Below are positions 35,891 to 47,050 of a stretch of 64,000 bases of DNA, in pieces. The position numbers and the translations under genes were made by a program. The notes under the pieces are model-generated. The model did no database searches. It had not been told where the DNA came from and saw only the letters and a list, made by a program, of their open reading frames with translations. Position 1 is the first letter of the stretch. Every line of letters begins with the position of its first letter. The DNA is from an uncultured Alcaligenaceae bacterium (GTDB lineage Bacteria; Pseudomonadota; Gammaproteobacteria; Burkholderiales; Casimicrobiaceae): the NCBI GenBank assembly GCA_964609555.1, contig CAZSTF010000001.1, positions 6,119 through 70,118 of the forward strand. Reading direction: 5' to 3'.

Positions 35891-35919
35891 GTGACGGCAG
35901 TCGCCGCGAACACGGATAC

Positions 35920-35942
35920 AAGGGCGCTTCGGCGCCCTTTTT
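35920..35942 (+). terminator. Intrinsic terminator after rpmA
   Basis: AAGGGCGC-TTCG-GCGCCCTT-TTT. Confidence 0.85.
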
Positions 35943-35964
35943 CATGGGGTTCAGGAGGCCTCAA

Positions 35965-36170
35965 GGAAACGCTGATTGAGTGTCGCGAGCAAGCCCGAGT
36001 GCGAGGAGCCGCGCAGCGAAGCGCGAGACATACCTTGAAGGTAGGCGAGCGATGAGCGAAAACGAAGTTTCGGCGCAGGCTAACCTCGGCGAAGCCGAGG
36101 TTAAGCGAAGCGGCCGAAGCCAACACGCGACAAGGCAATCGGGATGCGCAGCAAGTCAATCAGTGTTTCC
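35965..36170. mobile_element. 206-bp MITE-like element, copy 2 (inverted relative to copy 1)
   Basis: Ends are GGAAACGCTGATTGA ... TCAATCAGTGTTTCC, followed by CTAG. Same internal hairpin as 368-573. Confidence 0.8.
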
Positions 36171-37244
36171 CTAGCGCCGTTCGATGCGCCACATCATCCA
36201 GCCGGCCAGCGCAAGAAACATGGCACCGGGCGCCAAGGCGCCGAGGAACGCCGGCCACGCATAGATGAGCGTGAGGTAGGAGAACAGCCGGTTGACGACG
36301 ATGAAGACGAGTCCGAGCAGGATGCCGACGAAGATGCGTCCGCCGACTCCACCCGAGCGTTGCTGGATCTGTGCGAACGGCAGGGCGAGGAGCATGAGCA
36401 CGCAGGTGGCGAGCGGGTAGAAGAACTTGCCCCAGAGCGCCACATCGAAGCGCCGCGCGTCCTGGTTGTTGGCCTTCAGGTGGCCGGCATACTCGACCAG
36501 TCCCGAGACCGGGAGCTTGTCGGGCGTCACTTGCAGCACCGAGAGCATGTTCGGCGTGAGCACTGTCACCCACGGCATGGCGGCTGCGTGCCGGAGCGTC
36601 GGTACCGCACCTTCAAAGCGCGTCTCGACCACCTGATTCAACTGCCACTGCTGGCCGCTCTGGAACTGAGCCGACTCGGCCGTGACCATGCGGCGCAAGG
36701 CGTAGCCCTCCGCGAACTCGAAGACCCGGATGCCGCGCAGCATGCCGTCCGGCAAGACACTGCCGATGTTGATGAACGTGCTCCCGTCGCGGAACCAGTA
36801 GCCGGACTGGAAGGCGCGCGCGACGGCAGGTTTGCTGCCGCTGTAGGCGCGGATGCGTTGCGCGGCCTGCTCGGTGCGCGGGACGACATATTCGCCGATG
36901 ACGAAGGTGAGCGTGGCGAACACGAGGCCGACGAGCGCGAGCGTCCGGGCAATCGCGACCACGGAGACGCCGGAGGTTCGCATGACGGCGTACTCGCTGT
37001 TGCCGGCCAACTGGGCTAGGGCGAACAGCGTACCGATCAGCGCGGCCACCGGCAGAAGCTCGTAGATGTAATTCGGGATGGCGCTCGCCACGAGGACGAG
37101 CACCTGGGCAGTATTGAGCGCGCGCAGCGCCGGCAGATCCTGGAGGAAGTCGTAGAAGGCCCAGAGCATCAGAAGTGCCGTGAGCACGAGCAGCGTGGCG
37201 AGGATCACCTCGCGCGCGATGTAACGCGAAAGCGTGCCGATCAT
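36171..37244 (-). CDS. lptG: LPS export ABC transporter permease LptG
   Basis: RYIARE, LIG.L..L..L...SE..VMRTSGVS, G.WFRDG and KFFYPL. Downstream of lptF. Confidence 0.9.
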   Translation of the reverse strand: MIGTLSRYIAREVILATLLVLTALLMLWAFYDFLQDLPALRALNTAQVLVLVASAIPNYIYELLPVAALIGTLFALAQLAGNSEYAVMRTSGVSVVAIARTLALVGLVFATLTFVIGEYVVPRTEQAAQRIRAYSGSKPAVARAFQSGYWFRDGSTFINIGSVLPDGMLRGIRVFEFAEGYALRRMVTAESAQFQSGQQWQLNQVVETRFEGAVPTLRHAAAMPWVTVLTPNMLSVLQVTPDKLPVSGLVEYAGHLKANNQDARRFDVALWGKFFYPLATCVLMLLALPFAQIQQRSGGVGGRIFVGILLGLVFIVVNRLFSYLTLIYAWPAFLGALAPGAMFLALAGWMMWRIERR

Positions 37245-38368
37245 GCTGGAGTGTCCGTGCCTGCCTGCCGAGTCGTGAGGCGCCCACGCACCCCGAAGAC
37301 CGCCCCGCGGAACCGACGGTAGAACACCGCGACGACCAGCGCGGCAAGCGGAAGGTGGAAGGCAGCCAGCGCGAGCGGCAGGCTGATCCGGTCACGCTCG
37401 ATCTGCGCCTGCAGGATATTGATCACGTTGAGCGCGGTCATCAGAAGCAGGATGGCGATGATCAGGTTGATCGACCGGCCCAGACGGGGATTGACGTAAG
37501 CGAGCGGCACCGCGAGCAGCACGAGCGAGATACCGGCGAGCGGGATGGACACGCGGTAGAACACCCAGGCGAGCGCGGAGGGCCGACCGTCCTCGAGCAA
37601 CGACACCGTGTCGCGGGCCCGATCGGCAAGCGGACCCTCGGCAATCTCGTTGCCGGTCAGGCGCACGCCGTAGCGGTCGAAGCGCGCGGTCTCCCACGCG
37701 ACCGTGGTCTCGTTGGGCGGCGCGATCAGGCGGGCGCGGTTGCCGTTCTCGAGCACGACGTACCGATCACCGGTCGGCTCGGTGACCACGGCACCCCGCT
37801 CGGCGCGGGTCACCCAGAGCCCGTTGGGCTCTTCGGCGAAGACGAACACGTTCCTGATGCGGCCGTCCAGCAGATCCACGTTCTCGATGAAGTAGACCTG
37901 CTTGCTTCGCCGCATCTCCTGGAAGATTCCGGGTGCGATGGCCGAAAGCTCGTCACGCTCCTCGAGGATCTTCCGGAACTCGATCGATCGCCGTTCTGCC
38001 CACGGCGAAAGCCAAGTCGACAGCACCATCGACAGCGCGAGGAGCGGCAGCGAGAACAGGAGAACCGGCCGGATCCACGTGGTCAGGCTCTGCCCGCTGA
38101 CCATCCAGATCGCCATTTCGCTGTCGCGCCACCAACGCGAGAGCGTGAGCAGGATCGAGATGAAGAGCGCGATCACGATCAGCGGCGGCAACTGGGCGAT
38201 CAGTCTCAAGCCTACGAGCGGCGCGAGCCCCTCGCTCGGCAGCGCGCCGGTCGAGGCAGCACCGATCAGGCGGATCAGGAACTGGGTCACCAGGATCGCC
38301 ACGAGCACGACGAACACGTAGATCGCATTGGCCGTGAGTTCGCGCAGGAGCGCGCGACGGAAGATCAT
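37241..38368 (-). CDS. lptF: LPS export ABC transporter permease LptF
   Basis: MIFRRALLREL, L.RWWRDSEM.IW..SG, PG.F.E and NPR.GRS.NL. Divergent from pepA. Confidence 0.92.
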   Translation of the reverse strand: MIFRRALLRELTANAIYVFVVLVAILVTQFLIRLIGAASTGALPSEGLAPLVGLRLIAQLPPLIVIALFISILLTLSRWWRDSEMAIWMVSGQSLTTWIRPVLLFSLPLLALSMVLSTWLSPWAERRSIEFRKILEERDELSAIAPGIFQEMRRSKQVYFIENVDLLDGRIRNVFVFAEEPNGLWVTRAERGAVVTEPTGDRYVVLENGNRARLIAPPNETTVAWETARFDRYGVRLTGNEIAEGPLADRARDTVSLLEDGRPSALAWVFYRVSIPLAGISLVLLAVPLAYVNPRLGRSINLIIAILLLMTALNVINILQAQIERDRISLPLALAAFHLPLAALVVAVFYRRFRGAVFGVRGRLTTRQAGTDTPA

Positions 38369-38488
38369 GGCGGCGGAGGGTCAGCGCGTGCCCGATCGCC
38401 GGCGTCTCCGGCAGGGGGCACCACGCATGGCGTGCAGAAGATAATCCCAGTTTACCCCTGACCGCCCGCTCGACGGGCTGACCAAACG

Positions 38489-39970
38489 ATGATCGACTTC
38501 TCGCTCAAGACCGACCACCCGCACACCACTCGCGCGGATGCCGTCGCCGTCGCCGTTCATGAAGGCCAGAAGCTTTCCTGGGCCGCCTCCGAAATCGACC
38601 GCGCAACCAAGGGAGCGCTCGTCCAAGCCATCAAGACGGCGGCCTTCAGCGGCCGACCGGGTGCCGTGCTGCCGCTCTTGAATCTGCCGGGTCTCGCTGC
38701 ACAACGTGTCTACGTGTACGGCGTGGGTGAGGGCGCATCGCTCTCGCTCAAGGATGCGCGGGCCGCGGGCCGCGCGTTGGCGACGCTCGCCTGCGATCAG
38801 CAGGTGGCCGACCTCGCCGTGTTTCCGCTGGGCGAGGGCGTGACCGACGCCCTCACGCAGATGGTGCTCGGCGTGTCGGATGCAACCTATCGCTTCGACG
38901 AGACGAAGGGCGAGGCGGCGCGCGCCAAGGCGAAGGCGCCCAGTCTCAAGCGCGTGCGCTTCGGGGTGCCGGAGGCGGCGAAGAAGGCCGCACCGACAGT
39001 GCTTGCTCGCGCAGTCGCGGCGGCCGCGGGCATTGCGTACACCAAGTATCTGGGGAACCTGCCCGCGAATCACTGCACACCGACGCGTCTGGGCGAAGAG
39101 GCCAAGAAGCTCGGCAAGCGTTACGGCTTCAAGGTGACCGTGCTCGACCGGAAGGGCATCGAAAAACTCGGCATGGGTTCGTTCCTGTCGGTGACCAACG
39201 GCTCGGAAGAGCCCCCGCGCTTCATCGTCATGGAGTACACGGGCGGCAAGAAAGGCGAGGCCCCGACTGTGTTCGTCGGCAAGGGCATCACCTTCGACAC
39301 CGGTGGCATTTCCATCAAGCCGGCGCCGGACATGGACCACATGAAGTGGGACATGTCGGGTGCAGGCACCGTGTTCGGCGTCATGAAGGCGGTGGGCGAA
39401 ATGAAGCCGGCGCAGAATATCGTGGGCATCGTGGCGGCCTGCGAGAACATGCCTTCCGGCCGGGCCACGAAGCCGGGTGACGTGTTCACGAGCATGAGCG
39501 GTCAGACGATCGAGGTGCTCAATACCGACGCCGAGGGGCGACTGATCCTGTGCGACGCGCTCACGTATGCCGAGCGCTTCAAGCCGCGCGCGATCATCGA
39601 CATTGCCACCCTGACCGGTGCCTGCGTCATCGCGCTAGGCAAAGTCAACGCCGGTCTCTTCGCAACGGACGACGCTCTGGCCAACGACCTCATCGCCGCA
39701 GGCAAGCGCATGAATGACCGCTTCTGGCGTATGCCGCTCGAAGAGGAGTATCAGGACGCGCTCAGCTCCAACTTTGCCGACATGGCCAACGTCGGCGGGC
39801 GCGATGGCGGTGCGATCACCGCGGCCTGCTTCCTCTGGCGCTTTGCGAAGAAGCATCCGTGGGCGCACCTGGACATCGCGGGCGTGGCCTACACCGGTGC
39901 CGGCAAGGAAAAGGGTGCAACGGGGCGACCGGTGGCTGCCCTCGTCGAGTACATCGCGCGGCAGGGCTAG
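38489..39970 (+). CDS. pepA: Leucyl aminopeptidase (M17)
   Basis: VGKGITFDTGGISIK, MKWDMSGA, NTDAEGRL.L.D and WAHLDIAG. Confidence 0.95.
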   Translation: MIDFSLKTDHPHTTRADAVAVAVHEGQKLSWAASEIDRATKGALVQAIKTAAFSGRPGAVLPLLNLPGLAAQRVYVYGVGEGASLSLKDARAAGRALATLACDQQVADLAVFPLGEGVTDALTQMVLGVSDATYRFDETKGEAARAKAKAPSLKRVRFGVPEAAKKAAPTVLARAVAAAAGIAYTKYLGNLPANHCTPTRLGEEAKKLGKRYGFKVTVLDRKGIEKLGMGSFLSVTNGSEEPPRFIVMEYTGGKKGEAPTVFVGKGITFDTGGISIKPAPDMDHMKWDMSGAGTVFGVMKAVGEMKPAQNIVGIVAACENMPSGRATKPGDVFTSMSGQTIEVLNTDAEGRLILCDALTYAERFKPRAIIDIATLTGACVIALGKVNAGLFATDDALANDLIAAGKRMNDRFWRMPLEEEYQDALSSNFADMANVGGRDGGAITAACFLWRFAKKHPWAHLDIAGVAYTGAGKEKGATGRPVAALVEYIARQG

Positions 39971-39994
39971 GTCGCAACACCGTGCCCGTGCGCC

Positions 39995-40426
39995 TCAACC
40001 CCGGTTCGTCGGGGCGCTCAGGAGGGTCGAGGCGAAGCGCAGCGCGTCGTCCAGATCCCGTGAGATGACCGCGGCGATGATCGCCGGATCGAGCCGCCGG
40101 TATTCGTGGACGGCAATGTTTCGGAACCCGACCATCCGCTTCATTGCCTCCGCAAGTGTGGCGTCGATGAGTCCGGCGTCCCGCAGTGCGTCGAACAACT
40201 CGCGCGCGCTGCCCGGCGCCCCGAGTCGTCGGCGATGCACAACGTGCTGAGCGAGATCGATGGCGGTTTCGCACGCGCGCTGCACATTGAGCGTTGCGGC
40301 GTCGAGGTGCGTCAGGTTGCGTGCGAGCGCGGCCGCATCTTGGCCCACCGCAGAGAACTCTTCGCGGGCGCGCGCCACCGCGCGCTCGATGCTCGCGGCT
40401 TTGGCGAGGAGGACCTCATCGGCCAT
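39995..40426 (-). CDS. hepT: HEPN (DUF86) RNase toxin, HepT family
   Basis: ATG at 40426. LN.QRACE..IDLA and GFRNIAVHEY (RX4H motif with the adjacent Tyr). Confidence 0.88.
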   Translation of the reverse strand: MADEVLLAKAASIERAVARAREEFSAVGQDAAALARNLTHLDAATLNVQRACETAIDLAQHVVHRRRLGAPGSARELFDALRDAGLIDATLAEAMKRMVGFRNIAVHEYRRLDPAIIAAVISRDLDDALRFASTLLSAPTNRG

Positions 40427-40835
40427 GGACGCGCCCTTCGGCAACCATCTCGGCCACGTGCGCCCGACGGGTGAAATTGAAGTCGAGATACTCGGCGAGC
40501 ATCGCCGCCTCGAGGGCGTCCTGACGGGCTGGGTCACGCACGAACAGCCGCTCACCCGTCGTGAGGATTTCCCGACGGAAGACGGTGTTGGCCGTGCGCA
40601 GATCGACCAGATCCACATCCCGGTTCATCGCGTTGGCGAGCGTGAGTGCCAGCTCATGCCGAAGCCGCGGGTCGAGCGGCATGCCGGAATCAATGGCGAC
40701 GTCAAGGTCGCTCTCTGCCCGCCAAGGGCCATGCAGTGCGGAGCCGAACAGGTAGATCGCCTCGATTGTCGGCACATGCTCACGGAGCCAGTCGACGAGC
40801 TGGGCACGGTCGATCTCGTTCGGCTGCGACGGCAT
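40416..40835 (-). CDS. mntA: Minimal nucleotidyltransferase antitoxin, MntA family
   Basis: YLFGSALHGPWRAESDLD equals GSX10DXD, plus VDLVDL. Overlaps the hepT start. Confidence 0.88.
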   Translation of the reverse strand: MPSQPNEIDRAQLVDWLREHVPTIEAIYLFGSALHGPWRAESDLDVAIDSGMPLDPRLRHELALTLANAMNRDVDLVDLRTANTVFRREILTTGERLFVRDPARQDALEAAMLAEYLDFNFTRRAHVAEMVAEGRVHGR

Positions 40836-40840
40836 GCGCG

Positions 40841-43302
<2,462 letters not shown>

Positions 43303-43443
43303 CGGGCATCAGGCGTTCCGTTTTAGTCATGACCTGGCGGTGACAGGGCCGGGTGGAGGCGCCGAAAATCACAGACGAGCACGGTGCTTGCTTCAAGAAG
43401 CACGCCACGCTAGCGACTACTCGCCCACGGAATCCCCTCGGTC

Positions 43444-46400
43444 ATGTCCATCCACGTCGCCCTCCATCACGTCACGCACTACCGGTATGACCGTCCGATC
43501 CGGCTCGGGCCGCAGGTGGTTCGCCTCCGCCCCGCCCCCCATTGCCGGACGCGGGTGCTCTCCTACAGCCAGACGATCGCGCCTGCGAACCATTTCTGCA
43601 ATTGGCAGCAGGATCCCTTTTCGAACTACCTTGCGCGTCTCGTCTTTCCCGAGCCGACGCGCGAATTCAAGGTCACGGTCGATCTCGTGGCCGAGATGGC
43701 GGTGTTCAACCCGTTCGACTTCTTCCTCGAGGAGTACGCCGAGCGCTGGCCGTGGATGTATGACGAAGCCACCCGGCAGGAACTGGCGCCCTACCTTGCC
43801 CGCGCGCCGCTGACGCCCCGGCTTTCGGCCTACCTCGACCGGGTCGATCGATCGCCACGCCGCACGATCGACTTTCTCGTCGATCTCAATCGCCAGCTCT
43901 ATCAGGACATCCGCTACCTGATCCGGCTGGAGCCCGGCGTGCAGACGCCGGAGGAGACGCTCGAGAAGGCGAGCGGCTCCTGCCGCGATTCCGGCTGGCT
44001 GCTGGTGCAACTGCTCCGGCACCTGGGCTTTGCCGCGCGCTTCGTGTCCGGCTACCTGATCCAGCTCGTGCCCGACCAGAAGGCGGTCGACGGCCCGAGC
44101 GGGCCGAGCGCGGATTTCACCGACCTGCACGCTTGGTGCGAGGTCTATCTGCCGGGGGCGGGCTGGATCGGCCTCGATCCGACCTCGGGGCTTCTCGCGG
44201 GCGAAGGGCATCTGCCGCTCGCGGCGACACCCGAGCCGTCCTCGGCCGCGCCGGTCGAGGGGCTGATCGAGAAATGCGAGGTCGATTTCTCGCACGACAT
44301 GGCGGTCACCCGCATCCACGAATCACCGCGGGTGACCAAGCCCTACACCGAGGCGCAGTGGGAGGCGGTGCTTGATCTCGGGTACCGGGTCGATCGCGAT
44401 CTTGCGGCCGGTGACGTGCGTCTCACGATGGGTGGGGAACCGACATTCGTGGCCGATCGTGACCGTGATGCACCGGAATGGAACACCGAGGCCCTCGGGC
44501 CCACCAAGCGGGGTTACGCAGTCGCACTGGTCCAGCGCCTGCGCGAGCGATACGGCGAGGGCGGCTTTCTGCACTTCGGACAAGGCAAGTGGTACCCCGG
44601 GGAGCAATTGCCACGCTGGGCGCTCTCGATCTTCTGGCGCAAGGACGGGCAGCCCATCTGGCGCGACCCCATGCTGTTCGCCGACGAGCGTCAGCCGGGC
44701 CGTGCCACCGGCGCGGACGCGGAGCGCTTCATCCGTGCGCTTGCCCATCGGCTGGGCGTGGGCGATCGCTTCGTGCAGCCGGGCTATGAGGATGTCTGGT
44801 ACTACCTCTGGCGCGAGCGGCGGCTGCCGGTCAACGTCGATCCGTTCGATTCCCGCGTCGAGGATGAACTCGAGCGAGCGCGCCTGCGCCGGGTGTTCAG
44901 TCAGCGGCTCGATCACGTGGTCGGTTACGTGCTCCCGCTCACGCCGGGCTCCGCGGTCGGGCTCGCCGGGCCGCGCTGGCAGACCGGGCCGTGGTTCTTC
45001 CGCGATGAGCGCATGTACCTGATCCCAGGCGACAGCGCCATGGGCTATCGACTGCCGCTTGACAGCCTGCCGTGGGTCTCCTCAGGCGACTACCCCTATT
45101 TCATGGATCGCGATCCGTTCGACCCGGCGGTCGAGCGACCGCTGCCGGATGCCCGCACCTTTGCCGAGCGCTACGGCACCGCTCGCGCGCCGGGGGCGGC
45201 GCCCACGCTGCTGCAATGGGTCGCGAGCGGCCCGGTGGCGGAGGATGGGGGCGCCGGGGACAAGGCGGCAGGCACGGGCCCTGCGACCGCGGGAGACGCC
45301 CTCCGGACGAGCGAGTACCAGCCCGCAACCGCGACCCTCATGCCGCGCCGCTTCGAGAGCGCGCACTGGCTCACCCGCACCGCCCTCTGCGTGGAAGCGC
45401 GCCAGGGGCATCTGTATGTCTTCATGCCACCGATCGCGTGGCTCGAGGACTATCTCGACCTGCTCGCTGCGGTCGAGGCCACGGCCGTCGAGTGCGACAC
45501 GAAGATCGTGATCGAGGGCTACCCGCCACCGCGCGACCCGCGGCTTCGGCTTCTTCAGGTCACGCCCGACCCCGGCGTGATCGAGGTGAACATCCATCCG
45601 GCGTCCAACTGGGCGGAACTGGTCGAGCACACCGAGTTCCTCTACGAAGCCGCAAGGAAGGAGCATCTCGTCGCGGAGAAATTCGCCCTCGACGGCCGGC
45701 ACACCGGCACCGGCGGCGGCAACCACTTCGTGCTCGGCGGGGCCACCCCGGCCGACTCCCCGTTCCTGCGCCGACCGGAACTGCTTGCGAGCCTGCTCCG
45801 CTATTGGCACAACCACCCGAGCCTCTCCTACCTTTTCAGCGGCCTGTTCATCGGGCCCACGAGCCAGGCCCCGCGCATCGACGAGGCGCGCAACGACCAG
45901 CTGTACGAGCTCGAGATCGCGCTCGGCCAGATCGAGAAGAACCGTGCCATCTACGGTCAGGCCATGCCGCCCTGGCTCGTCGACCGCACGCTGCGCAACA
46001 TCCTGATCGACGTGACCGGCAACACGCACCGGAGCGAGTTCTCGATCGACAAGCTCTATTCGCCCGACGGCCCCGGCGGTCGGCAAGGGTTGCTCGAACT
46101 GCGCGCCTTCGAGATGCCGCCCCATGCCCGCATGTCCGTGGTGCAGCAGCTTCTGCTGCGCGCACTGGTCGCGCGCTTCTGGAACACGCCCTACATCGCG
46201 CCGCTCGCGCGCTGGGGCACGGCGCTGCATGACCGCTTCATGCTGCCCACGTTCATCCGGCTCGACTTCGAGGACGTGCTCGAGGAGCTTGCGCACCCGG
46301 AGAATGGCGGCTACCGCTTCGACCCGGCCTGGTTCGAGCCGCACTTCGAGTTCCGCTTCCCGCGCGTGGGCGACCTCGCGCTTCGCGGCATGAACCTCGT

Positions 46401-46896
46401 GCTGCGCATGGCGCTCGAGCCCTGGCATGTGATGGGCGAGGCGGGCGCGATCGGCGGCACCGTGCGCTATGTTGATTCCTCGCTCGAGCGCATCGAGGTT
46501 TCCGTCACCGGCATGGCCGATCCGCGCTACGTGGTCACGGTCAACGGTCAGGCCCTGCCGCTCGCGCCTACGGGCACTGCGGGGCATTTCGTGGCGGGCG
46601 TCCGCTACAAGGCTTGGAGCCCGCCTTCGTCGCTCCATCCCTCGATCGGCGTGCACGCCCCGCTCGTCTTCGACATCGTGGACACGTGGATGGAGCGCTC
46701 GATCGGCGGTTGCCAATACCACGTGCAGCATCCCGGCGGATCAAACCCCTCGACCTTCCCGATCAACGCCTACGAGGCCGAATCGCGCCGTCTCGCACGC
46801 TTCTTCCGCATGGGCCACACGCCCGGGCGGCTGCGCGTCTGCCAAGCCGATGTCTCGCGCGAGCATCCGTTTACGCTCGATATGCGGCGGGGGTGA
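43444..46896 (+). CDS. Transglutaminase-like + DUF2126 (putative amidoligase) fusion protein
   Basis: N-terminal HVTHYRY...LRP, GSCRDS.WL and DLHAW.EVY.PG.GW.G.DPT (transglutaminase triad). C-terminal LTMGGEPTF, TPDPGVIEVN, GGGNH, GNTHR.E and ELRAFEMPP. Confidence 0.9.
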   Translation: MSIHVALHHVTHYRYDRPIRLGPQVVRLRPAPHCRTRVLSYSQTIAPANHFCNWQQDPFSNYLARLVFPEPTREFKVTVDLVAEMAVFNPFDFFLEEYAERWPWMYDEATRQELAPYLARAPLTPRLSAYLDRVDRSPRRTIDFLVDLNRQLYQDIRYLIRLEPGVQTPEETLEKASGSCRDSGWLLVQLLRHLGFAARFVSGYLIQLVPDQKAVDGPSGPSADFTDLHAWCEVYLPGAGWIGLDPTSGLLAGEGHLPLAATPEPSSAAPVEGLIEKCEVDFSHDMAVTRIHESPRVTKPYTEAQWEAVLDLGYRVDRDLAAGDVRLTMGGEPTFVADRDRDAPEWNTEALGPTKRGYAVALVQRLRERYGEGGFLHFGQGKWYPGEQLPRWALSIFWRKDGQPIWRDPMLFADERQPGRATGADAERFIRALAHRLGVGDRFVQPGYEDVWYYLWRERRLPVNVDPFDSRVEDELERARLRRVFSQRLDHVVGYVLPLTPGSAVGLAGPRWQTGPWFFRDERMYLIPGDSAMGYRLPLDSLPWVSSGDYPYFMDRDPFDPAVERPLPDARTFAERYGTARAPGAAPTLLQWVASGPVAEDGGAGDKAAGTGPATAGDALRTSEYQPATATLMPRRFESAHWLTRTALCVEARQGHLYVFMPPIAWLEDYLDLLAAVEATAVECDTKIVIEGYPPPRDPRLRLLQVTPDPGVIEVNIHPASNWAELVEHTEFLYEAARKEHLVAEKFALDGRHTGTGGGNHFVLGGATPADSPFLRRPELLASLLRYWHNHPSLSYLFSGLFIGPTSQAPRIDEARNDQLYELEIALGQIEKNRAIYGQAMPPWLVDRTLRNILIDVTGNTHRSEFSIDKLYSPDGPGGRQGLLELRAFEMPPHARMSVVQQLLLRALVARFWNTPYIAPLARWGTALHDRFMLPTFIRLDFEDVLEELAHPENGGYRFDPAWFEPHFEFRFPRVGDLALRGMNLVLRMALEPWHVMGEAGAIGGTVRYVDSSLERIEVSVTGMADPRYVVTVNGQALPLAPTGTAGHFVAGVRYKAWSPPSSLHPSIGVHAPLVFDIVDTWMERSIGGCQYHVQHPGGSNPSTFPINAYEAESRRLARFFRMGHTPGRLRVCQADVSREHPFTLDMRRG

Positions 46897-47050
46897 CGAG
46901 GCTGCTACATGACGCTCGGTCGCTGACCACGTCGCAAAATCGAAACGCGCTTGCAGGCTCGCTACCTCGTGACGTACATTGAGGCGTCAAGGGCGCGCAC
47001 CATTCTGCTCACCCTGCCAATGGACCAACGAAGCGATAGAGGGGGAAGGC

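Noticed and set aside
43377-43392. Sigma54-like GAGCACG-GTGC-TTGCT upstream of the DUF2126 gene
   Set aside because: The near-invariant -24 GG is AG, so I cannot call it functional.
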